A DNA stretch of 64,000 bases from Theionarchaea archaeon (GCA_018992685.1 JACVGT010000001.1:64001-128000), one strand, 5' to 3'. Positions 39,536 through 51,053 are shown, counted from the first letter of the stretch. Notes: a model not told the origin generated them from the sequence alone. Made by a program: numbers and translations.

Positions 39536-39817
39536 TTGTAATTTCTGTTTCTTGATTCTTCCTTTCTACTGCTCTCATTCTTATGGACATCTCTCTTGCC
39601 CAAATGCACCTCGATGGCAGGCACGTCACTGCCCCGTGTCCATCCACTGCACCCATCCCCTCAGAATGAGTGTCAACCAATCATTTTGATTGGAATGGCT
39701 ACTGAGCCGGCAATACATTCTCTCAGTGGCAATTTCATGCTAGATCTGGCATAGCGATTAAGAGAGAGACGGAAATACTTTTATACTACTTCCGACAATA
39801 CCCTTCGAGGTTAGAGA

Positions 39818-39997
39818 ATGAGGAAACAAATGCTCAGAGAGACACTTATAGCAACGATACTCTTCGCCATAGTATTTGCTGCTTTACTGATCTTCGTTGG
39901 AATAGAGGGTGTCGAAACTCCAATAGAAAAAGCTGTTGCAGTGATTATTGGCAGTGTGGTATTTTTCATTGCCTCATATACCTTCAAGAGAAAGTGA
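39818..39997 (+). CDS. Small two-TM membrane protein (59 aa)
   Basis: GAGGT RBS and TTTTATA box upstream; MRKQMLRETLIATILFAIVFAALLIFVGIEG...AVAVIIGSVVFFIASYTFKRK. Confidence 0.6.
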   Translation: MRKQMLRETLIATILFAIVFAALLIFVGIEGVETPIEKAVAVIIGSVVFFIASYTFKRK

Positions 39998-40147
39998 CCT
40001 GATAACCATGAACCCTTCCATAACCCCTCTCTGTGATATTATCTGTGCGAAAATCCGATTTATCCACCGCCAATCGAACGCCAGGGAGATACAGGCCAAA
40101 GTATTTAAATAGGGATGAGCCATAAGGCCATAGCAGGTGATGTATAC

Positions 40148-40501
40148 ATGGACAGAATCATTGCCTTTTGCGGATTAAAGTGTACAGAATGTCCCGCATT
40201 CCTGGCAACCCAGAGAGATGACGATGAAGCTCGAATCAAGGTGGCTGAGACCTGGTCTTCCATCTATAATTCAGATTTCAAGCCACATGACATTAATTGT
40301 GATGGATGTATCTCGAAGAAAGGGCAACTGTTTCGATATTGTACTGTTTGTGAGATACGAAAGTGCGGACAGAAAAAGGGAGTAATCAACTGTGGTTACT
40401 GTGACGAATATGCGTGTCAGAGACTGCAGGAGTTCTTTTCACAGGCTTCGGAAGCCAAAAAGAATCTGGAACACATCAGAAAGACACTGTATACTCTGTA
40501 G
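40148..40501 (+). CDS. DUF3795 Cys-rich protein
   Basis: IAFCGLKCTECPA...CDGC...CEIRKC...NCGYCDEYAC. Confidence 0.85.
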   Translation: MDRIIAFCGLKCTECPAFLATQRDDDEARIKVAETWSSIYNSDFKPHDINCDGCISKKGQLFRYCTVCEIRKCGQKKGVINCGYCDEYACQRLQEFFSQASEAKKNLEHIRKTLYTL

Positions 40502-40857
40502 ATCATCCGCTACCTGTGCTGTCCTTCAATGAGTACTGTCTGTGGCAGAGAACTCTCACCAATAACCGTTTCAGATGGTTGCATGTGTGGATCAGTTGCA
40601 GCCTGGGAGCCTGCCTGACTCTTTCCAGTAGAGATCTTTTTGGTGTATTTCAGGAGATGGGACATAGGTTCTCGGTGAATAATTTCACTATAACCGAGAA
40701 TTTCCCCATTTCATTCCACTGCCTTTCCTTAACCTCGTAAACCTGCATTAAAATCTCCTTGAGGCTCAACTGATGGCTATCTTTGCAAATAACAAATTTA
40801 ATTGGAAAAAAGAGTCTTGAGAGTTAATTTTATATAGTCTGCGATATCCCTTACCTG

Positions 40858-41787
40858 ATGATAGAGGAGTCTGTCTACAACGTACTGAATGCGCTGCAAA
40901 CAGCCACAGTACTCAGTCCTGAACTGAAAGGTGAGCTCCTGGCAATCCTGGCTGCATTGTGCTGGGCAGCTGGCGGTTCTATTTACAGGAAGGGTCTGGA
41001 CACGACAGATCCTTGGTCGGGGAACCTCATGCGTATAACACTGGCTTCGTTGGGATTCCTGGTTCTCATGGTGACCAAAGGGACACTTATAGAATCCCTT
41101 GCGCGTGTCAGTACGTCTCTTGCACTGTGGCTTATTCTCTCTGCATTCATGGCTCTTGTCCTGGGTGACTATCTTCTTCTCAGATCGCTGAAGGATATCG
41201 GAGTGGCTCGTACGATACCAATCAGTTCTACGTATCCCCTTTTTGTGGTGCTGTGGTCTGTCCTTTTCTACGGGAAGGAAATCAGTTACGTCGTGGTCAT
41301 TGGGACCGTTTTCATCGTTGCCGCCATCAGGCTCATTTCAGAACCCCAACAGAAGATGTCAATAGACGCCTCCCTATACACCAAAGGGGCTGTAATTGCT
41401 TTGTCTGCAGCTGTGTGCTGGTCAATCAGCATTGTGATGCTGGATTACCTCACCCAGTTTCTGCCTTCAGAAGCTGTGGCAGGATTCAGGTTTATTGTGT
41501 CTGCAGTCATGCTGTCAGCAATTGTCTCTCGCAGTGGATTTTTCTGGGACAGAAACTCCTTGATGTGGATTGGTATTGGAGGAGCGCTGGTACTAATTGT
41601 AAGCAACTATGCATTTGTGGAGGCTATCAGAATGGCAGGATCGGTAGCTGTAGCCCCTATCACATCGGTGTATCCTGTGATTTCTGTTTTCGTGGCAGCA
41701 ATCTTCTTGAGAGAAAAGCTCAGCCTGAAGATTCTGGCAGGAACACTCCTTTCATTTTCAGGGGTCATACTGGTAATCATGGGCTAG
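40858..41787 (+). CDS. EamA/DMT family transporter
   Basis: Ten-TM two-repeat layout; PISSTYPLF, AIFLREK. Confidence 0.88.
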   Translation: MIEESVYNVLNALQTATVLSPELKGELLAILAALCWAAGGSIYRKGLDTTDPWSGNLMRITLASLGFLVLMVTKGTLIESLARVSTSLALWLILSAFMALVLGDYLLLRSLKDIGVARTIPISSTYPLFVVLWSVLFYGKEISYVVVIGTVFIVAAIRLISEPQQKMSIDASLYTKGAVIALSAAVCWSISIVMLDYLTQFLPSEAVAGFRFIVSAVMLSAIVSRSGFFWDRNSLMWIGIGGALVLIVSNYAFVEAIRMAGSVAVAPITSVYPVISVFVAAIFLREKLSLKILAGTLLSFSGVILVIMG

Positions 41788-41998
41788 ATGAAGCTCACTA
41801 GATATCCAGATTCGGGAGATCAGGCTTTCTGAACGGTTCTTGAACGGAACTTTCTCTCTGATTATGAATGGAATCAGTAGGATATTTGGTTGGACTGTTG
41901 CTCGAGGTCTCCAAGTGAACTCATACGTGTGGCACAGGTCTTCATTTACTGCAACAGTGACATGTCGTATGCAAAATCCTATAAATTAGGATACCTAT

Positions 41999-44989
41999 AT
42001 GTACATGATGAACAAAGAACTTGTTGTCACCAAGCTTCTTACCAACAGGACAACTCTTGCCATTCTCCTCCTCCTAAAAACCCAGCCCCTCCACTGTCGG
42101 AAGATTGCTGCGATCCTCCATAAGAAGGAAGCTGAAATAGCAAGGAGACTTTCTCAATTGGAGAGGGTGGGTATTGTCAGGGGGGAATGGGTCTATAAGG
42201 ACAGGAATATAAAAGTCTATTTCCTGGAAGTAGACACTATAAGCATCCAGATAACTGCAGAGGGAGTACACATGCAGTATAATCCAGAAAAAAGGGAGAA
42301 TTTCTATTCCCTAGAGAGTATTTTTCGGTTCGATGTCCCGGAACCCGACTGTTTAATAGATAGACGCCAGCAATTAGAAGCACTGGACAGGTTCTCATTT
42401 GTTGTTGTAACAGGGATTGCTGGCATAGGGAAAACTACGCTGTCATCCTACTACGCGCACCTGCTCAAAGAACGGGGAAAAAAGGTTTTCTGGCACAGTT
42501 TTTCAGAACTGGATTCAGTACCGTATGTGGTGAAGAAACTGGCCACCTTTCTTGCTTCTCTGAACCGTCCTGACCTTCTGAATTATTTGAAATCTGATGG
42601 TTCTGATATGCGGGTAGTTACCGCTTTTCTCTTGGAAGGAATGGGTGATGGGCAGACTGCTTTCTTCTTTGACGACTACCATCTGGTGATGACTGAATCC
42701 ATGAATGAGTTTTTCAGCTCACTGAAGCTGTGCAAGGGAAAGATATGTGTGATCTCCCGGTACAGGCCGCCCTTTCTGTCAGTATTTGATGATGTCTCAG
42801 AGATACGACTTGGAGAAATGGATGTCATGAGTACCAGGGAGATGCTGGATAGGAAGGGCTACCACATCCAGGCAGACTCTCTGGAGAGAATATGGAGGAA
42901 AATCGGAGGGCATCCCCTTGCAGTAGAGTTATTGTGTCAGGCAGCATCCGGTGAGGACCCCGGGCTCGTGACAGAAGAGATTCCCTCCTCGAATGTTGAG
43001 ACGTACCTGTGGGATGAAATCTACGCCCAGCTACCTCCTGAAGAACAGCAGGTCCTGATGATATTGTCCATCTTCATGAACCCTGTGACTGCGGTTGACG
43101 TGGAGCCATTGTGTTCTTTTCGGAATGTGAGGACAGTGCTCAGACGCTTGATGAAGAAAAATCTGGTGAGACGAGTTGACAATAAATACACGCATCATGC
43201 TGTCACCAGGTCCTTCTGCCGATCTCTTCTCCATGATGCCAAAAGTCTTCATTGTGAGGCAGCACATGTATGCCTGCAGCGAGGAACTCCCACCAGCATC
43301 ATGGAAGCAGTGTACCATCTGGTGGCAGGAGAACGCCATGATGAGGCAGTCCAGGTTGTCCGTGGCTACAGTGATATGCTCATCAATGAGGGATATGCAG
43401 AATCTCTCTTAGGTGTCACAGGAAAATTAGGAGCTGAATACAGACGCCAGCTGAGGGAAGTGGAAGGAGAGATTCACGTGTTGAGGGGCGAGTATGATGC
43501 AGCCATTGCATGCTACACTGATCTTCTCCGTGAATCGCCCCTGGGTCATTCTTCTTTATACAGAAACCTGGGGCATGTGTTCGAGAGGAAGAGAGAGTAC
43601 CAGAAAGCAAGGACTCTCCTTGAGGAAGGACTCGCACATGCAGGGTCAGACCTCCTGGAACAAGGAAAAACACAAGTTCAGCTCGGTACTGTGCACGCTG
43701 CTCTCGGTGAGGTGGGTGAGGCTCTTGCCTGTTGTGAACGCGCAGGAGAATGTTTTAGAGTTTTGGGATACCAGAAGGGACTTGCTCAGGTATACACAGA
43801 AATGGGAAAGATATACCGATTCAATAATACAGAAAAAGCGCTGGAACTACTGTTCTCCAGTCTGGAGATCAGCCAGAGTATTGGAGATTTTCGGGAAGCA
43901 GCTTCTACCTTAAGTACAATTGGCATTGTCCTGTATGAGAGAGGGCAGACGGGTGAAGCTGTTACCTATTTTGAAAAGAGTCTCGCCATTTCAGAGCAGA
44001 TAGGAGATATGGTGGGGATTGCCCGGTGCTGCAACAACATTGGTGTAAAATATGGGCTTGAATGGAACTGGGTCATGGCGATGAAATACTATCTCAGGAC
44101 GCTGGATATCTGCCAGAAAATCAACGATAAGAAGGGAATTGCATTCTCCTACAGCAACCTTGGAAGAGCGTATTCATATCTTGGGGCTCCTGAAAAGGCC
44201 ATGGACTATTTTTTCGCGGCATTGACACTACGAGAAGAATTATCTGAAAAGGTGGAAATGGCCTTTCTCTACTACAACATTGGACTAACCCACGAGGAAA
44301 TGGGCAATTTTGAACACGCCATGGATTGGTATAAGAAGAGTCTTGCGCTGAGGGAGGACGTAACCCATGCTCTGGGAGTTGCTTACAGTTGTGCGAGCAT
44401 GGGTAAGTTATTGGGCAAGCTGGGTCAGTACGAGGCAGCACTTGAATATCTCAGCAGGGCTCAGGGGATTCACGAAAAAGAGAAGGGTGCTTGGATGATT
44501 GCCTGTACCAAGCTCCAGTCGGCCCAGGTCCATGTGGAAAGCCATCATCCTGAGCTGGCTCTCGCACTTGTTTCAGAAGGTATTCCCGCCGTTGAAAAAG
44601 CAGGAGACAGAGCTCTGCTCATAGAAGCTCACTGTACTGCTGCAGAAGCATGTGTCGATATAGGAAGGATTGAAGAGGCCAGACATCATGCAGAGATCGG
44701 TCTTGAGGCTGCCACCGCTATCAGGAGTACAAAATATGAGGGGGAAGCTCGAAGAATCTTGGGAAAGGTGTTCATAGCAGCAGGAGAGTATGATTGTGCT
44801 GAGGAAGAACTGAGATTGAGTATGCGCCTTCTCAAGAAGTGCAAGTACGAACTGGGAAAGGATCTTCTTCTGTTGGTCAACCTGTGTGAAAAGAGAGAAG
44901 CCTCAGAAGAGAAGTGCAGGGCACTCAGAGAGAAAGGGTTGGGCCTGTTGAGGGAGGCGCAAGGGCACGTCTCTCTGGAAAATGTGTAA
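41999..44989 (+). CDS. HTH-NTPase-TPR (STAND/MalT-like) regulator
   Basis: N-terminal ArsR-like wHTH, GIAGIGKT, FFFDDYH, GGHPLA, many TPRs. Confidence 0.87.
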   Translation: MYMMNKELVVTKLLTNRTTLAILLLLKTQPLHCRKIAAILHKKEAEIARRLSQLERVGIVRGEWVYKDRNIKVYFLEVDTISIQITAEGVHMQYNPEKRENFYSLESIFRFDVPEPDCLIDRRQQLEALDRFSFVVVTGIAGIGKTTLSSYYAHLLKERGKKVFWHSFSELDSVPYVVKKLATFLASLNRPDLLNYLKSDGSDMRVVTAFLLEGMGDGQTAFFFDDYHLVMTESMNEFFSSLKLCKGKICVISRYRPPFLSVFDDVSEIRLGEMDVMSTREMLDRKGYHIQADSLERIWRKIGGHPLAVELLCQAASGEDPGLVTEEIPSSNVETYLWDEIYAQLPPEEQQVLMILSIFMNPVTAVDVEPLCSFRNVRTVLRRLMKKNLVRRVDNKYTHHAVTRSFCRSLLHDAKSLHCEAAHVCLQRGTPTSIMEAVYHLVAGERHDEAVQVVRGYSDMLINEGYAESLLGVTGKLGAEYRRQLREVEGEIHVLRGEYDAAIACYTDLLRESPLGHSSLYRNLGHVFERKREYQKARTLLEEGLAHAGSDLLEQGKTQVQLGTVHAALGEVGEALACCERAGECFRVLGYQKGLAQVYTEMGKIYRFNNTEKALELLFSSLEISQSIGDFREAASTLSTIGIVLYERGQTGEAVTYFEKSLAISEQIGDMVGIARCCNNIGVKYGLEWNWVMAMKYYLRTLDICQKINDKKGIAFSYSNLGRAYSYLGAPEKAMDYFFAALTLREELSEKVEMAFLYYNIGLTHEEMGNFEHAMDWYKKSLALREDVTHALGVAYSCASMGKLLGKLGQYEAALEYLSRAQGIHEKEKGAWMIACTKLQSAQVHVESHHPELALALVSEGIPAVEKAGDRALLIEAHCTAAEACVDIGRIEEARHHAEIGLEAATAIRSTKYEGEARRILGKVFIAAGEYDCAEEELRLSMRLLKKCKYELGKDLLLLVNLCEKREASEEKCRALREKGLGLLREAQGHVSLENV

Positions 44990-45153
44990 TGAGAGCAGGT
45001 ATTGTTCTTGTCTCATGAAGTATCTTTGGCGACATTTCTGGAGGAAAACCAGTATAATTACTTTCTCACGTTTGATTATTCTTCATATACAAACTATTTT
45101 CAAATCTGAATCTTTCTGACAAACCTTATAAGCCTCCTGCCTCAAGAAGGTGC

Positions 45154-47619
45154 ATGATCATGGTATCTCTCCAAGAATCTGCCCCAGATATCACTCTGGT
45201 GGGAGGAAAAGCATTCAATTTGATGAAATTACAGGATGTTCATGTGCCCAACGGGGTGTGTCTGACTACAGAAGCGTATGATCTTTACTGCAGGCACAAT
45301 AACCTTGGTGATCAGTTGAACAGCATAGCGGCCAATGCAGATTACGATAACCCTCCGCACCTGAAGGAATCAGCACAAAAAATCAGAACGTTGATCATGG
45401 AAGGGGATATGCCCGAAGAAATAACAGTCCTTTTGGATACCGTCCCCTACAGGAATCTGGTGGTACGGTCTTCTGCCACGCTGGAAGATCTCCCTCATGC
45501 AAGCTTTGCGGGCCAGCAGGAGACAATTTTTAACCCTCGAACCCTGGAACAGGGAGTCAAACAGTGCTGGGCTTCTCTGTGGAATGAGCGGGCACTGGTC
45601 TACCGACGTTCCCGAGCTGTTGGGGCCTTGCCCAAGATGGCAGTCATTATCCAGGAAGCAGTACCATGTGATGTCTCAGGGCTAGTATTCACCCGGAATC
45701 CTCTCACTTCAGGTGAAGAGATTGTGGTGGAAGCCATACACGGCCTTGGAGAGCCCCTGGTTGCAGGAGAGATAACACCAGATCGGTACGTTCTAGATAG
45801 AACCCTCAAGATTACTTCTCAGGACCTATCTGACCAGAACCACCAGAGCGTTTTGGCACCCTCAGGTACTCAGAGTGTCCCCTGTGGGAGCACCCCGTGC
45901 CTGGATGATGCTGTACTGAATAGACTCTGCAGGGTCTGTCTTGACATAGAGGCTCAGTTTGGCGAACCTCAGGATGTGGAATTCGGCATCTACAGTGGTC
46001 AGATCCACATCTTTCAGGCACGGCCCATCACGACCCGCAAAGAAGATGTGTGGACGAGAGGGTACAGCGATGATTACTGGACGGGGGTAACTTCTCCTCT
46101 ATATTTTTCTTTGTTGGGCGAATTCCTAGACGTCTATGTCAACCAGGAGGGCAATAGGATCATGGGTTATACTGAGCTGGAAGGTGTCCCTCTCCTCCGA
46201 TACCACAAGGCACACGCTTATTTCAATACAACAGTCCTGCGTGAAGTGTTCAAATACAACCCACAGTGGAGCAGGGTGAAAGAATTGTTGGATTATTTCC
46301 CTGAACATGAACGGCAGACCATGAAAGAGCTGCCCTTCAACCTGTGGAAACGGGTTCTGGCCGAGCTGCGTATTGCCCTTCTGGACTGGGATGGGACCCT
46401 TTTCAATACATACAAAAAGTACAACGAATTCTCAGAGAAATACCTCAAGAATCTGACTGAATTTGACAGTCTCACCCTTGAGGATTTAACTGATCAGGAG
46501 CTCTTGGACCAGTTCTGGCACCTCTACACCCTGTGTCTGAAACACTACCGGCTGGTGCGATGGGGAATTGCCACCCACAACATGGGCATGAACATGATTC
46601 TGAAACGATTCCTCATGTCTTGGTACCGCGGTGATCCTGATCAGACCTACAACATCCTGGTGTCAGGTCTCCCACATAATAAGGCCACAGAGACCAATAT
46701 TGCTCTATACGATCTGGTGGAACCCAGAAAAACAGGAAATTTTGATGCAAAACTGCAGGAATTCCTCCACCAGTATGGACACCGTTCCTATTCCAGGGAC
46801 ATTATCTTTCCCACCTGGCGGGAAAAACCCCAGCTCATTATTGATATCGTGGATTCGCTGGTAGAGAACGAGAGGGACGTCCAGCAGATCGAAGCCGAAA
46901 AGAAGGCCCAGAGAGAAGAACTCACCCAGAACGTCCTGGATGAGATTGAAACCCAGCAATTTGGTTTGGTTAAGAAGCTCGTGTTCAGGATGATACTGAA
47001 CTATGCCCAGATATACATCGGGTTCAGAGAGAACCAGAGGTTCTTTCTGGATCATCAGGATTCCAGGTTCAGAGCTGTGTTTCTGGAAATGGGGAACAGA
47101 CTGGCCCAGCGAGGTGTGTTGCAGCACAGAGATGATGTGTTCTTCTTGTTCAAAGAGGAGGTGTTCACAGCGTTGCAGACAGGAGAGGTACCCCTTGATC
47201 TCCTGACCAAGAGAAAAGCAGATTTTCACACCTATCAGCACACGCTTCCCCCCAAGTTTCTCCAGGGCAACCTGGAATTCGATGAGGATATTTCCTATCA
47301 GAAAGCCCTCATAGGCGTTGCATCAAGCCCGGGCGTGGTCACAGGCACTGCGAGACTCATACAGAGCATTGAGGAGCTTCACACCATTGAGAAGGATGAG
47401 ATTCTGGTGGCAACCTGTACAGACCCTGGGTGGACTCCCATTTTCATCAAGATCAAGGGATTGGTTACAGAGACGGGAGGAATTCTCTCTCATGGGGCGG
47501 TAGTCTCCAGGGAATACGGGATACCTGCAGTAACGGGAGTCAAGAATGCCATGCAGTACCTCAGAGACGGTGACATTGTTACCGTGAATGGGAACACAGG
47601 AGAAGTGCGGGTGAAATAA
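45154..47619 (+). CDS. PEP-synthase-like / rifampicin-phosphotransferase-like dikinase
   Basis: ATP-grasp VGGKA, VRSSA..ED...SFAGQ, QARPIT; C-terminal swivel TDPGWTP...GGILSHGAVVSREYGIP; no PEP-binding TIM barrel. Confidence 0.85.
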   Translation: MIMVSLQESAPDITLVGGKAFNLMKLQDVHVPNGVCLTTEAYDLYCRHNNLGDQLNSIAANADYDNPPHLKESAQKIRTLIMEGDMPEEITVLLDTVPYRNLVVRSSATLEDLPHASFAGQQETIFNPRTLEQGVKQCWASLWNERALVYRRSRAVGALPKMAVIIQEAVPCDVSGLVFTRNPLTSGEEIVVEAIHGLGEPLVAGEITPDRYVLDRTLKITSQDLSDQNHQSVLAPSGTQSVPCGSTPCLDDAVLNRLCRVCLDIEAQFGEPQDVEFGIYSGQIHIFQARPITTRKEDVWTRGYSDDYWTGVTSPLYFSLLGEFLDVYVNQEGNRIMGYTELEGVPLLRYHKAHAYFNTTVLREVFKYNPQWSRVKELLDYFPEHERQTMKELPFNLWKRVLAELRIALLDWDGTLFNTYKKYNEFSEKYLKNLTEFDSLTLEDLTDQELLDQFWHLYTLCLKHYRLVRWGIATHNMGMNMILKRFLMSWYRGDPDQTYNILVSGLPHNKATETNIALYDLVEPRKTGNFDAKLQEFLHQYGHRSYSRDIIFPTWREKPQLIIDIVDSLVENERDVQQIEAEKKAQREELTQNVLDEIETQQFGLVKKLVFRMILNYAQIYIGFRENQRFFLDHQDSRFRAVFLEMGNRLAQRGVLQHRDDVFFLFKEEVFTALQTGEVPLDLLTKRKADFHTYQHTLPPKFLQGNLEFDEDISYQKALIGVASSPGVVTGTARLIQSIEELHTIEKDEILVATCTDPGWTPIFIKIKGLVTETGGILSHGAVVSREYGIPAVTGVKNAMQYLRDGDIVTVNGNTGEVRVK

Positions 47620-47620
47620 C

Positions 47621-48496
47621 ATGGAACATCTGGAGCATCCGCCTGGCCCGGAAAAAGAATGGAACGAGAGCTACTATTTCAACTTCTATGATCCCAGAAC
47701 CTGCATCGGTGGGTTCACCCGAATAGGGTTCAAGCCCAACAAGAACGAAGCTGTCGGATACCTGTTCCTGTTCTACCAAAATGAGATTCTGAAGGTCGTC
47801 CTCCAGGACAAGGTCGAGACCGTCCCTGAGAGAATACAGGTAGGGTCCCTGCAGTTTGTCCCCGAATGGACTCTTGCATTTTCTGGCAAGATGGCTGGAG
47901 GAGAGGCCACTATCAGAAATGTCGATGTACGGCTGAAATACGCTCCCCTGCATACAGAATTCAGCTACCTTGCGTGCGTCACCTCTCAACAACAGGAAAT
48001 ATGCAAAGTAGTGTGTGCGGATCATTACGAGCAGATGGGGCTGGTGACAGGGCGCATAACAGTAGATTCTTGTTCTCAGGATATTAGGGCTCTGGGGGAG
48101 AGAGATCATAGTTGGGGGGAACGAGATTGGAATGCCCCTGATCTCTGGATATACGTGACTGCACCCTTTGACCCTGAATTCGGGATCAATATCGCCCAGA
48201 TGCGTATCAATGGAGAAGAAATCAACACAGGGTTTATCATGGAAAACGGAGAGAACTTTCCTGTTCTGGACGTTAAAGCAGAATGTATCACCCAGGATGG
48301 GAGGCAGAAAGAGGTTCTCTACCGCATCAGTGATGTGAGAGGGAGGAGGTTCACACTGAAGGGGAGGGTGTTGAACACAGTGCAAATTCCCTATAGAGGA
48401 AGAGGAGTGTCAGTACTCAATGAGAACTTGACGTCATTCGAGTGCGGGAAAAAGAAGGGATATGGTATTGCTGAATATCTGGTAAGAATAGAGTAA
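47621..48496 (+). CDS. Hypothetical beta-barrel (lipocalin/tocopherol-cyclase-like) protein
   Basis: WNESYYFNF, HYEQ.G, GERDHSWG.RDW, GYGIAEY; coupled to the dikinase. Confidence 0.7.
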   Translation: MEHLEHPPGPEKEWNESYYFNFYDPRTCIGGFTRIGFKPNKNEAVGYLFLFYQNEILKVVLQDKVETVPERIQVGSLQFVPEWTLAFSGKMAGGEATIRNVDVRLKYAPLHTEFSYLACVTSQQQEICKVVCADHYEQMGLVTGRITVDSCSQDIRALGERDHSWGERDWNAPDLWIYVTAPFDPEFGINIAQMRINGEEINTGFIMENGENFPVLDVKAECITQDGRQKEVLYRISDVRGRRFTLKGRVLNTVQIPYRGRGVSVLNENLTSFECGKKKGYGIAEYLVRIE

Positions 48497-48800
48497 ATTA
48501 AAAATAAAGGGCAGCAGGAGGAGGAAAGGGATATTCTCATTGTTCTTTGAGTGACTCCACGCATTTCCTGGGATTCTATGGTGTCGTTGCATCAGGATAC
48601 TCCATATTCTCCCCACATATACCCCGGAAATAAACTACACCAACATGCTTCTCAGGAGGATTTCCCACCCGTGACCAGCCCCTTTTCTTAAGGCAATCAT
48701 CGAAACATTTATAAGTATGTAGATATGCTACCTGCATAGCAAGTCTACCTAGTAGAGGATGGAGGAGAGAACATAGATAACAGGTTGTGAGGTGTACTAG

Positions 48801-49784
48801 ATGAAGATATTGTTAACTGGTGCCTTTGGCAACGTAGGGAGGAGCACACTCAAAGCACTCATAAAGAAAGGATACTTCGTGAGAGTCTTTGATGTTTACA
48901 CAGACCAGACTACGGTTCGTGCACAGGAATTTGAAGATCATCCCCAGGTGGAGATGTTCTGGGGAGATCTGTGTGACAAGGAGGACGTTCTTACAGCGCT
49001 TGATGAGACTATTGACGTAGTCATTCATGTGGCAGCCATTATTCCACCATTGGCAGATAAGAGACCTGAATTTGCCAGAGCCGTGAATGTAGGTGGAACA
49101 GCGAATATTCTCGCTGCCATGGAGTCTCTTGACAGGAGCCCGAGGCTGATTTACACATCCTCAATTTCTGTCTACGGGGATCGAGTGAAAACCCCTTTCA
49201 TACAGGTCACTGATCCTGTGGCCCCCAATGATGACGATGAGTACGCACAGACCAAGCTTGAAGCAGAAAAACGTATTACAGGCTCTGCTGTAGAATGGGC
49301 TATCTTTCGGTTGACCTACATTGTTTCTCCAGAAAAGCTGGAAATGGACCCGCTCATGTTTCACATGCCTCTCGAAACGTCTATTGAAATATGCCACACA
49401 GAGGATGTGGGAGTTGCCCTGGCAAATGCCGTCACATGTGATGAGATCTGGGGAGGCATATATCACATTGCAGGGGGAGAGAAATGCAGGACAACATACA
49501 AAGAGTACATCCAGACCATGATGGAGATATTCGGGCTGGGAAGCCAGTGCCTGCCTGAAGAAGCCTTCAGCACGGGGAAATTTCACTGTGGATTCATGGA
49601 CACGTCAAGGAGTCAAGCCTTACTGAAGTACCAGCACCACACTCTCGAAGATTACTACAGGGAAGTGAAGAAAGAAGTTGGACCGAAGAGATGGTTGATG
49701 CGTCTCGTCTCATGGGCTGCACGGCTCTACCTCTTGAACAAGTCAGAGTTCTACAGAAAGAACAGCAGAAAGCCCACGGTGTAG
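48801..49784 (+). CDS. NAD-dependent epimerase/dehydratase (extended SDR)
   Basis: TGAFGNVG, NVGGT, SSISVYG, YAQTK. Confidence 0.9.
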   Translation: MKILLTGAFGNVGRSTLKALIKKGYFVRVFDVYTDQTTVRAQEFEDHPQVEMFWGDLCDKEDVLTALDETIDVVIHVAAIIPPLADKRPEFARAVNVGGTANILAAMESLDRSPRLIYTSSISVYGDRVKTPFIQVTDPVAPNDDDEYAQTKLEAEKRITGSAVEWAIFRLTYIVSPEKLEMDPLMFHMPLETSIEICHTEDVGVALANAVTCDEIWGGIYHIAGGEKCRTTYKEYIQTMMEIFGLGSQCLPEEAFSTGKFHCGFMDTSRSQALLKYQHHTLEDYYREVKKEVGPKRWLMRLVSWAARLYLLNKSEFYRKNSRKPTV

Positions 49785-49937
49785 AACCTTCTTCTTTTTC
49801 TGTGTTCCCTTTTCGACTATTTGAAGAGAACCACAGAGTTCCATCTGATGTTGTCACAGGGGTCAGGGAAATTGTGGGTTTCATTCTCCTGGGCTGTGGT
49901 CAGTCCATCTCATGATCCATTGAAGGGTATTGATTCT

Positions 49938-51053
49938 TTATTGTCTCACCTTGAGAGCCACAGCTGCACCCGCCACTCCAACAATAGCCAGGAACACGAA
50001 GGACGCAGAGACTCCACTCTGTTCTGCGACAATCCCCATGATCACAGGACTCGAAGTGGCCATCAACCCAGCGAGTCCCTGGACCAACCCCAGGGCGGTC
50101 CCGTACCATGCCTCAGGCACACCCTCCACAAAAGCAGCAGTTGCAGGAACCCACACTACGTAGGCCACGAATCCCAGAGGAATAAGGAATACCCACACAG
50201 AATGGAAGACCACGAGGACCAGAACGGAGGCCGCAAGCATTGACACGAAGATTATCTTTCGTCTGCTGTACCTATCTGTCAGGATTCCTGCCAGAAGTTC
50301 TGCAATAACCCCTGTGCCGTAGAAGAGGGTGATTGCACCCGTTACAGATGTAGTAGAAAACCCTATCTCTTCCAGTTGGATGGGTAGAAATACCACAAAT
50401 CCCCTGAAGAACATGGCAAAACATCCAAAAAGAATGCACATAAGTATAGATTCTTTCTGTACGAGTGGGTATTGGCTTCTTCCAACGTGGGAAGAATGTT
50501 CTTCTCTCACAAAGAAAAAAAGTGCTGCTGATATGAGCCCTGTCAAAGGCAGGAGGAGGAGCACCTCATGCCACCCCCACTTACTCAAGATTATCCCTGC
50601 ACACACGGGGTAGGTGAGTATTCCGATACCTCCACCAACTCCATGGATACCCAGGATTTTTCCCCGTATTTTTTCTTTCATAGACTTGACAAGGAGGGCG
50701 ATTCCACAGGGATGATAGAAGCTCGCTCCAAATCCTGCCAGCAGATTCAGCATGATGAGGGAGGAATATGATGAGCAGAATGACATTGCAAAAAGACTCA
50801 CAGACAGGACAGCCAGCCCGAATGATATGAAGGGCCACTTCACTTTAGAAAAATCAGAAACATATCCTGCAATAATTTGGCCAAATCCAAGGGTCAGTAC
50901 CATGGAACCTCCAAAGATTCCTATCTGCGTATAGGAGAGATTGAAGTCACGTGCAATGAATGGAATAAGCAAGGGCAGCATGAGAATGAGTCCATCGTCC
51001 ACAAAATGTCCCATGAATGTTGCAGCTACGACTCTTTTCATCGTGGCATCCAT
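49938..51053 (-). CDS. MFS transporter (Fsr-like)
   Basis: GHFVDD, GYVSD, SFYHP, GILTDRYSRR. Confidence 0.87.
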   Translation of the reverse strand: MDATMKRVVAATFMGHFVDDGLILMLPLLIPFIARDFNLSYTQIGIFGGSMVLTLGFGQIIAGYVSDFSKVKWPFISFGLAVLSVSLFAMSFCSSYSSLIMLNLLAGFGASFYHPCGIALLVKSMKEKIRGKILGIHGVGGGIGILTYPVCAGIILSKWGWHEVLLLLPLTGLISAALFFFVREEHSSHVGRSQYPLVQKESILMCILFGCFAMFFRGFVVFLPIQLEEIGFSTTSVTGAITLFYGTGVIAELLAGILTDRYSRRKIIFVSMLAASVLVLVVFHSVWVFLIPLGFVAYVVWVPATAAFVEGVPEAWYGTALGLVQGLAGLMATSSPVIMGIVAEQSGVSASFVFLAIVGVAGAAVALKVRQ

